A stretch of 64,000 bases of DNA from an uncultured Acidobacteriota bacterium (GTDB lineage Bacteria; Acidobacteriota; Terriglobia; Terriglobales; Acidobacteriaceae): positions 14,784 to 78,783 of the forward strand of contig CAVSOD010000013.1 of assembly GCA_963729415.1 (NCBI GenBank). The letters run 5' to 3'. Both the position numbers and the translations under genes were made by a program. The notes beneath the pieces were generated by a model. The model worked only from the letters and a program-made list of their open reading frames with translations, was not told where the DNA came from and searched no databases. Shown piece after piece: positions 26,319 through 33,500 of the stretch (its first letter is position 1; each line of letters starts with the position of its first letter).

Positions 26319-27521
26319 AGCCCAAACTCCCTCTGAATGGTCGCGGTGTGTTCTCCTACTCTGGGGGCGAGCCCCGTGCTGGTCAGAAGAGCTCCGTCCA
26401 ACCGAATCGGTAGGCGAGTGGTCAGAATCTCGATTCCTCGTCCATTGGTAAGGGTTTGCACCATGGCGAGTTCCTTGAAAGCTTTGCTTGCGCAGAGCTT
26501 GGGCCAATCCAAGACCTCGGCGCACCAGATGTCAGCGGCGTTCAGTATCTCGAGCCAGTGCTCGGTGGTGTGCTCCTTGAGGCGACTGCGCAATAATCTT
26601 CTTGATCTCGTCGCGACGTTGGAAACCCTCGGCCGAGTTCGAGATTTCCTGGAGCGCAGGTAAATCGAGCAATTTGCCGAGCGTCGGAAGATGGGTCATG
26701 GCCAGGGCCAGGTAGCCGTTCGCCGTGTCGTAGACCCCGTAAGGCGCCGCCAGGTAGGCGTGGGCGTTGCGAAATGTACTCCTCCGCGGTGGCCGTCGTC
26801 CGTCATTCAAGTGCGTCGTCAGCACTTCAAATTGGAAGTCCAGTAAGGCCTCAATCAGGCTGGTTTCGACGAGTCCACCGTGGCCCATCACGCCACGTCG
26901 CACGAGACAGGCCAAAATTCCCTCGCACAGGTTGTGGCCCGCCAGCATATCGGCGATAGCCAGAGCCATCGGCGTAGGCGGATCGCCGTCGTTGCCGCTC
27001 AGCCACATGATTCCGGATCGCGCCTGTGCCAGCAGGTCCTGACCTGGTCGATCGCGCCATGCCTCCGCATTCCCATACCCGGACACGATTCCGTACACCA
27101 ACCGGCTGTTTATCTGCGACACGCTGTCGTAACCAAGTCCCAGCCTCTCCATCACGCCCGGACGGAAGTTCTGCACCATCACATCGGTGCGCGCTATTAA
27201 TTGGCGGAGTTTATCGAGAGCGACGGGATCCTTCAGGTCTGCGGCATAGCTCTCCTTGTTGCGATTGATCGCGTGAAAGAGCGTGTTCTCGCCGTGCACA
27301 TCGGTATCGCTGAGGTAGAGCGTGCGGCCCAGGTCTCCAGTCCCAGGCCGTTCGATCTTGATCACGCGGGCGCCAAGATCCGCCAAGCGAAGGGTGGCCA
27401 ATGAACCGGAAAGAAACTGGCTGAAATCCAGCACCAGCACACCCTGGAGGGGTCTTTCTGTCTTCGGATCGCGGCGAACTGTCGAAATAGTCACGGAGAG
27501 GCTCCTGGCTGTGGTGGGCAC
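26315..27521 (-). pseudogene. family-III CoA-transferase (CaiB/BaiF type), frameshifted near 26583-26588
   Basis: ORF 26532..27521 (...LQGVLVLDFSQFLSGSLATLRLADLGARVIKIERPGTGD...RRDEIKKIIAQ) continues in ORF 26315..26593 (RLKEHTTEHWLEILNAADIWCAEV...). One extra nt (or a 2-nt loss) separates the frames. Confidence 0.75.
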
Positions 27522-27598
27522 TCGTCACCGGATTCCTTGCACCGGGGGATGCTCCCAACTCAGGCACGTTGCGATTTCAATTCTACCCATAAAATAAT

Positions 27599-27615
27599 AT
27601 TTTCATTAGGAAAAT
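27599..27615. promoter_or_regulatory. inverted repeat ATTTTC-attag-GAAAAT in an AT-rich stretch 26 nt upstream of the second IclR gene
   Basis: Read directly. It has the same 6-5-6 architecture as GTTTCA-tagag-TGAAAC at 14328-14344. Confidence 0.4.
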
Positions 27616-27640
27616 AACGTAGTAGGCTAAAGATGCTCTT

Positions 27641-28465
27641 ATGACCCCCCGGCGCACGATTCGTCGGCAGCTTGCTTCGCGGAGAATCCGCTACGCTGCT
27701 CCAGCTCTCGAAAAGGGCCTGGACATCCTGGAGCTACTAGCTTCCGTCTCGGACTCTCTGACGCACAGCGAGATTGCCAGCCGACTAGGGCGCACCATTA
27801 CCGAAGTCTTCCGCATGTTGGTGTGTCTCGAAGAACGGGGCTATCTTTCGCGGACGGGTACAGACGAGCGCTACCAGCTGACGCTGAAGCTGTTCGAGAT
27901 TGTCCATCAGCATCGCCCTCTGCAACGCCTGATAACTCAGGCGCGCCCGCTGGTACAACGGGTGGCGAGCGAAACCGGACAGTCCTGCCATTTGGCTATG
28001 CTCAACAACGCGGAGGTAGTTCTGGTAGCGCAGTCTGACGCGCCCGGTAACATGGGTTTCTCAGTCCGTCTTGGTGCAAATATTGATCTTCTGAACACCG
28101 CTTCCGGACACGTCATCCTGGCGTTTCAGAGCGAGGAGGTCCGCGCCCGCGCGCTGGGAGCCTGGCGTCTGCGTTCCAGAAAACCAGTCCCGCTCGGCCT
28201 TTCCCGTCACCTGAACCAAATTCGTCGGCGAGGCTATGAGGAACTGGCCAGCTACCAAGTCCACGGAGTCGTGAACATCAGCTATCCAGTATTGAATCAA
28301 CACGGAGAGGCGATTGCGGCGATGACTGTGCCATTTCTTGCTCGCATCGGAGACAGCCTGGGGCCGCCCCAGGTCAAGGAGGCGTTGAGTGCGGCATCCC
28401 GTGCGCTTTCCTTAGCCATCGGCGGCAAGAGACTGGAACTTTCATCCGGAATGCTGCTGCCATGA
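27641..28465 (+). CDS. IclR-family transcriptional regulator, first gene of the operon
   Basis: wHTH ([13 protein letters not shown]...[20 protein letters not shown]) plus an IclR effector domain. Its stop overlaps the next start (ATGA). Confidence 0.85.
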   Translation: MTPRRTIRRQLASRRIRYAAPALEKGLDILELLASVSDSLTHSEIASRLGRTITEVFRMLVCLEERGYLSRTGTDERYQLTLKLFEIVHQHRPLQRLITQARPLVQRVASETGQSCHLAMLNNAEVVLVAQSDAPGNMGFSVRLGANIDLLNTASGHVILAFQSEEVRARALGAWRLRSRKPVPLGLSRHLNQIRRRGYEELASYQVHGVVNISYPVLNQHGEAIAAMTVPFLARIGDSLGPPQVKEALSAASRALSLAIGGKRLELSSGMLLP

Positions 28466-28911
28466 CGCGAACAGAGTATTTCGAGGATTATTCAATCGGC
28501 GCCCAACGCGTCACCTCGGGGCGGACAATTACCGAGACCGACGTCGTCATTCATGCGGGCCACACGGGAGACTACTTCCCGCACCACGTTGACGCGGAAT
28601 TTGCCCGGGCAACACCGTTCGGCCAGCGAATCGCCCACGGCACTATGACCTTCGCCATCGGCATCGGCCTCACAGCCAGTCAGATTAATCCTGTCGCATT
28701 TACCTACGGGTATGACAAGGTGCGCTTCCCAAAGCCCGTCTTCATCGGAGACACGCTACGGACTCGCGTCACTGTGAAGGAGAAGCAGGACGACCCCAAG
28801 CGGAAAGGGTTGGGTCGCATCGTGGAAGCTTGCGAAGTGCTCAATCAGCGCGATGAGATAGTCCTGTATTGCGAGCACATTCTGCTAGCTGAGAAGCGCC
28901 CGGCCGCTTGA
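28462..28911 (+). CDS. MaoC-like hotdog-fold dehydratase/hydratase (149 aa)
   Basis: ...[26 protein letters not shown]...FGQRIAHG... is a typical MaoC_dehydratase signature. Confidence 0.75.
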   Translation: MTRTEYFEDYSIGAQRVTSGRTITETDVVIHAGHTGDYFPHHVDAEFARATPFGQRIAHGTMTFAIGIGLTASQINPVAFTYGYDKVRFPKPVFIGDTLRTRVTVKEKQDDPKRKGLGRIVEACEVLNQRDEIVLYCEHILLAEKRPAA

Positions 28912-28949
28912 TCGGGCTACCGGTGCTTTCAGAAGGGAGGAGGTTTAGT

Positions 28950-30122
28950 GTGGGAATCACTCTGAGAGGGCTCACCTGGGATCATCCCCGCGGTTACGCC
29001 CCTTTGCTTGGAGGTGTCCCCGAATATAAGACACAACATCCTGAAATCGATGTCCAGTGGGACCGGCGAACTTTGCGTGAATTTGGCGAAGCTCCGATCG
29101 AGCAATATCTGGATCGCTATGATCTGCTCATCGTGGACCACCCGTTCGTCGGATTCGCCGCAGCTCACGCGGCACTTGTGGACCTCGCGCCTTCGATCAG
29201 CGAAGTGGAGAAACATCGTTTCGCGATAGACTCCGTAGGCCCTTCCTGGAAATCCTACTGGTATGACGGCGGCCTCTGGGCCTTCCCCATCGATGCCGCA
29301 ACGCAAGTCGCATCCTATCGGCCTGATCTTTTATCAGTGTTGTCTTCCACTGTTCCGAACACCTTCGACGATGTCTTGGGAGTGGGAGCAAAAGCTCGCA
29401 AAATTGGGAAACACATCGTTGTGCCCGCGTGTCCGACAGATGCGATCAGTCTTTTCTTTACCTTGAGTGCAAATCTCGGAGATCCTGTTCCCGGAGAGCG
29501 CGAACTCTTCGTGGAAGACTCGGTCGCAGCAGACGTGCTTGGTAGGCTTCACGCGCTCATAGCCGTTGCGCATCCCAAGTCGGTCGACTGGAACCCGATC
29601 CAAGTTTACGATTTCATGTCCAGCAGTTCCGACGCGGTCTACTGTCCGTACGGCTTCGGTTATTCCAACTACTCGCGAGTGAGTAGCTCGGTGCGATTGA
29701 AGTTCACGAATGCTCCCACTGCAGGCCAGCATGGATGCGCCGGGACAACGCTGGGAGGGACGGGGGTTGCAATTAGTAAGCACAGCGCAAATCAACCAGA
29801 AGCCATCTCCTACGCCAAATGGCTGGTCAGCCCCGAACACCAGCGAGGGACCTATTTTCGCGAAGGAGGCCAACCTGCCAGCCTGGCGGCCTGGAGGAAC
29901 CCATCAGTGAATGCGGCATCAGACGACTTCTTTGCCGGTACGCTGCAGACTCTACAGACCGCCTACGTGCGACCCCGTTTCGATGGATTCGTTCGTTTCT
30001 TTGAGGCTGCAGGAATCGAAATCAATCGTTGCTTACGCGGAGAAATCAAGGATGCAGCGCTGATCCGATGGCTTAATGATCGCTACGCCACTCAGCGAAT
30101 CGCAGCACGCCGAATCGCGTAG
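28950..30122 (+). CDS. solute-binding-protein-fold protein (family-1 SBP-like) without signal peptide
   Basis: GGAGG at 28939-28943 lies 6 nt before GTG 28950. The protein starts [20 protein letters not shown].... It has SBP-like length and composition, no hydrophobic leader, and no adjacent permease or ATPase. Confidence 0.55.
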   Translation: MGITLRGLTWDHPRGYAPLLGGVPEYKTQHPEIDVQWDRRTLREFGEAPIEQYLDRYDLLIVDHPFVGFAAAHAALVDLAPSISEVEKHRFAIDSVGPSWKSYWYDGGLWAFPIDAATQVASYRPDLLSVLSSTVPNTFDDVLGVGAKARKIGKHIVVPACPTDAISLFFTLSANLGDPVPGERELFVEDSVAADVLGRLHALIAVAHPKSVDWNPIQVYDFMSSSSDAVYCPYGFGYSNYSRVSSSVRLKFTNAPTAGQHGCAGTTLGGTGVAISKHSANQPEAISYAKWLVSPEHQRGTYFREGGQPASLAAWRNPSVNAASDDFFAGTLQTLQTAYVRPRFDGFVRFFEAAGIEINRCLRGEIKDAALIRWLNDRYATQRIAARRIA

Positions 30123-30139
30123 CGACAGAGAGGCACCTG

Positions 30140-30661
30140 GTGAGAAACCCGAATCCCGATCCCGCGAAGCATAAAGAGATTTCTATCTGGAATGCCGAAG
30201 ATTGGTTGTACGAGGACTTCGAGGTGGGCAAGCGTGCGCGTTCGATTCGGCGCACGATTTCCGAGGGCGAGAGCATGTTGTTCAATGCCATGGTTCTCGA
30301 CATGCACCCCTACGTGGCCGACGATGTTTTCGCCAAAGAAGAGGGAGTTTTTGGAAAGCGGCTGGTGGCGGGCGCCATGGTATTTAGTCTGGGATTAGGA
30401 CTCATGGCGCACAACAACATTCATACTTTTAGCTACGGATACGACAAGTTGCGCTTCATCAAACCGGTTTTCGTTGGCGATACCATTTACACCATTCGCA
30501 CGCAAATGGAGAAACTACCCAAGTACGCTGAAATGGGGATGGTAAGGGTCTCTTACGAAGTCTTCAAGATGCCAGGAGAGCTGGTGCTGTATTGCGAACA
30601 CTTGCAAACCGTGAAGTATCGCGACCCCACGAAGTTCAAGGACCAACTGCAGCAGAAGTAA
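30140..30661 (+). CDS. MaoC-like hotdog-fold dehydratase/hydratase (173 aa)
   Basis: ...[26 protein letters not shown]...[10 protein letters not shown]... and the shared tail ...LVLYCEHL, as in the first MaoC gene. GTG start. Confidence 0.7.
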   Translation: MRNPNPDPAKHKEISIWNAEDWLYEDFEVGKRARSIRRTISEGESMLFNAMVLDMHPYVADDVFAKEEGVFGKRLVAGAMVFSLGLGLMAHNNIHTFSYGYDKLRFIKPVFVGDTIYTIRTQMEKLPKYAEMGMVRVSYEVFKMPGELVLYCEHLQTVKYRDPTKFKDQLQQK

Positions 30662-30672
30662 AGCATCTCCTT

Positions 30673-31329
30673 ATGACGCCACCGGGATCGCTCGCCGAAC
30701 GATTGCAAAGCTGCTATAGCGGGGCCGTGTTTGACGTGCTGAGGACGAAAGGCTTTCTCAGGCAGACCCTCCCGCAATACATCCGCCCTTTGAATCTGCA
30801 GCACAAGCTTGCCGGCCCGGTATTTACCATCGAGGGGAGGCGGGACGATTCGTTGGACGCTCATGAGAGCCTTCTGCGGTGGTGTGAACTCTTGTCCAAG
30901 GCGCCCGCGAACACAGTGTTGATCTGTCAACCCAATGACCACACTCTGGCGTACATGGGAGAACTCTCCGCCGAGACCCTGCACCACAAGAAGGTGCTAG
31001 GCTACATCGTGGATGGCGGATGCCGCGATTCGGCTTTTATCGAGAGCATGGGTTTTCCGGTGTTCTGCAAGTATTTCACTCCGGTGGACGTAGTGAGCAA
31101 GTGGGCAACCACGTCTCTGGGCGAGCCTATTCAGATCGGCGAAGTCACGGTATCCACGGGTGACTATGTACTTGCCGATCGCGACGGAATCGTGATCGTC
31201 CCCGGTGCAATCGCTTCAGAGGTGCTGCAAGAGACCGAAGAAGTCCTGCGCAAAGAAAATCTCGTGCGAAAGGCGATTCTGCAGGGTGTTGACCCGGTTC
31301 AAGCTTACCTGCGGTACGGAAAGTTTTGA
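30673..31329 (+). CDS. RraA-like protein (class II pyruvate aldolase / oxaloacetate decarboxylase family)
   Basis: Start at ATG 30673 (MTPPGSLAERL...). ...AYMGELSAETLHHKKVLGYIVDGGCRDSAFIESMGFPVF... matches the RraA/HMG-CHA aldolase core. Confidence 0.7.
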   Translation: MTPPGSLAERLQSCYSGAVFDVLRTKGFLRQTLPQYIRPLNLQHKLAGPVFTIEGRRDDSLDAHESLLRWCELLSKAPANTVLICQPNDHTLAYMGELSAETLHHKKVLGYIVDGGCRDSAFIESMGFPVFCKYFTPVDVVSKWATTSLGEPIQIGEVTVSTGDYVLADRDGIVIVPGAIASEVLQETEEVLRKENLVRKAILQGVDPVQAYLRYGKF

Positions 31330-31646
31330 TGCAAACGGAAGGCAAATCAAGAAAGCTGCTGCGCATTCATCGCGACGACAACGTGTTGATCGTCGTCGTA
31401 CCTATAAGACCCGGGGATCGTGACATCCTTGATGGGCGCGAAGTCGTGTTCACTCAGAACATTGCAATCGGCCACAAGGTTGCTGTCCGAGATATCGAAA
31501 CGGGAGAAAAGATATTTAAGTGTGGTGTTCCGATTGGTTCGGCCAAAGAGAGCATTCCTGCAGGAGGACACATTCACCTGCATAACCTGAAGAGTGACTA
31601 CATCGCAACTTACACTTTGGACAAAGATCATGTCTTCGTCAAGTAA
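31329..31646 (+). CDS. UxaA/GarD/SuyA-type small subunit (SAF beta-clip domain only)
   Basis: ...DNVLIVVVPIRPGD...IAIGHKVAVRDIETGEKIFKCGVPIGSAKESIPAGGHIHLHNL is the N-terminal SAF module of altronate/galactarate dehydratases, encoded here as a separate gene. Confidence 0.7.
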   Translation: MQTEGKSRKLLRIHRDDNVLIVVVPIRPGDRDILDGREVVFTQNIAIGHKVAVRDIETGEKIFKCGVPIGSAKESIPAGGHIHLHNLKSDYIATYTLDKDHVFVK

Positions 31647-32844
31647 CACCCTTGCACTGCAAGGCTTTCTGCGCTCGGACGGAAGAAAAGGAATCCGTAA
31701 CTGCATCGTTGTCGCCTATCTTGTGGAATGCGCTCACCACGTGGCTCGCGAGATCGTGGACGCTTTTCGGGATCAACCGGTTCATTTGATCGGCTTTGGA
31801 GGATGCTACCCCAACGCCTACGCTGACCGGATGATGAATACGCTCTGTACCCATCCGAACGTCGGGGGGGCACTGCTGCTTTCCCTGGGATGCGAAAGCT
31901 TTAATCGGCATCGCCTCGCTGAAAATATTGCTAAGACCGGCCGGCCCGTGGAGACAGTCGTCATCCAGCAGACGGGGGGAACAAGGAAATCCATCGAGTC
32001 GGGCAAAACGTGGGTCTCGAAGGCGCTCCAGCAGATTGCTGAGGTGCCGCGGGCTCCATTGCACGTGAACGAACTCGTGGTAGGAACCGTTTGCGGCGGA
32101 TCGGACGCCACCAGCGGAATCTCGGCTAATCCCGCGGTGGGACGTGCTTTCGACATGCTAGTTAAGCAAGGCGCGGCCACGATCTTCGAGGAAACCGGTG
32201 AAATGATCGGACTCGAAGACGTCATGTCGGCCCGCGCGGTCACGTCGGAGCTTGGCCACGAACTGAAAACATCCGTCGAAAAAGCAGCACATTACTACAA
32301 GCAAATGGGGCATGCCAGTTTCGCGCCGGGCAATGCCGAGGGTGGACTAACCACCATCGAGGAAAAGTCGATCGGAGCATATTGCAAGAGTGGCGATTCC
32401 CCCATCTCCGGACTCATCAAGCCCGGCGACGTTCCTCATAGGGGCGGTCTGTACCTATTGGATGTCGTCCCCGATGGCGAGCCGCGATTTGGATTCCCCA
32501 ATATTAACGACAATGCCGAAATTGCCGAACTGATCGCCTGCGGTTCCCACGTGATCTTGTTCACGACCGGACGCGGTTCGGTGGTGGGCTCTGCGATTTC
32601 GCCCGTCATAAAAATCTGCGCGAACCCGGAGACCTACGAGCGCATGAGCGATGATATGGACATCAATGCGGGGAAAATCCTGCGGTTGGAAGCGAGCGTA
32701 GACGAAGTCGGCGATGAAATTTACCGAAAAGTATTGGACGTGGCATCGGGGACGCAGAGTTGTTCCGAGAGCCTCGGACATCAGGAGTTCGTGCTCACCT
32801 ACAAGTCGTTTGAGCCCATCGGACCAGCTTGCCTGCCTGGGTGA
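31630..32844 (+). CDS. UxaA/GarD/SuyB-type large subunit (GD_AH_C dehydratase domain)
   Basis: ATG 31630 (MSSSSNTLALQGFLRSDGRKGIRNCIVV...) overlaps the small-subunit gene by 17 nt. ...GCESFN..., ...VCGGSDATSG..., ...LFTTGRGS... are typical of the family. Confidence 0.75.
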   Translation: MSSSSNTLALQGFLRSDGRKGIRNCIVVAYLVECAHHVAREIVDAFRDQPVHLIGFGGCYPNAYADRMMNTLCTHPNVGGALLLSLGCESFNRHRLAENIAKTGRPVETVVIQQTGGTRKSIESGKTWVSKALQQIAEVPRAPLHVNELVVGTVCGGSDATSGISANPAVGRAFDMLVKQGAATIFEETGEMIGLEDVMSARAVTSELGHELKTSVEKAAHYYKQMGHASFAPGNAEGGLTTIEEKSIGAYCKSGDSPISGLIKPGDVPHRGGLYLLDVVPDGEPRFGFPNINDNAEIAELIACGSHVILFTTGRGSVVGSAISPVIKICANPETYERMSDDMDINAGKILRLEASVDEVGDEIYRKVLDVASGTQSCSESLGHQEFVLTYKSFEPIGPACLPG

Positions 32845-33500
32845 GGCTTCGCTTGGTTGAAGCGCTCTAACCACCCTGGGTCTGAGTGCTCCACGTCCCC
32901 ATCTTCAAGGGTGTCGAGCCGCCCGTGGTCGTGATTTTGAAGATGGTTCCACAGCCGCGGCCCAGTCCCGCCCGCTCCCGTTTTTCCGTACGAGTTCCCT
33001 TCGGTGCCTTGGACTAGGGGACCGATGGGGGTTTGACCTTCGGCGCAACCGCACTTGGCAACAGACCTCCGATGAGTCGCCCGGCTTGCTTGTCCCGCAG
33101 CCGACTATGAGCTGACTTAACCCGTTTGTTTTGAAACAGCTACTGCCCAGAGCTTCACCCCCCTGACGCGACATATAAACAATTCGGTGAGAGAGGTTTG
33201 TCGTGGAGCGCAGGGAAGCAACGCGACCTAGGGCCTTCTTTTTCCATCCACACACCCCCGAAGCTCTGAGAGGGCCAATGAAATGAAGGGACCCTGAAGC
33301 GGAGCCCTCAAAGAAACCTAAACAGTCACACAGCCTATAGGCGTTTTTTGTTCGAAAACGACAAAACAAGCGACTATTCTGATCGAAAAGATCATAAAAA
33401 CGATTGACTCCTGCGGGATAAGCGCATTACGATGCGTCCAGTTTTCCAGAATCGGGCTTCCGTGCGTGAAGACATTCTGAGATGGCGGAGGAGCGTGCTT

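Noticed and set aside
32845-32905. tRNA-like string on the minus strand (…GGTGGTTAGAGCGCTTCAACCAAGCGAAGCC…)
   Set aside because: The D-arm-like piece has a mismatch and a 16-nt loop, the putative anticodon loop is 8 nt, and no T-arm (GGTTCGAATCC-type) or acceptor pairing follows. Not a tRNA gene, and not convincing as an att fragment.
33160-33350. Possible cobalamin or TPP riboswitch upstream of the TBDR (AGGGAAGC, CTGAGAGG, GACCCTGAAGCGGAGCCC)
   Set aside because: Only short scattered matches. The B12 box and the TPP CCUGAUC...GCG...AGGGA core are absent or out of order.
32905-33369. 154-aa minus-strand ORF in the long gap before the second TBDR
   Set aside because: Arg/Ser/Gly/Cys-rich, no start context, no recognisable domain. 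Treated as non-coding.
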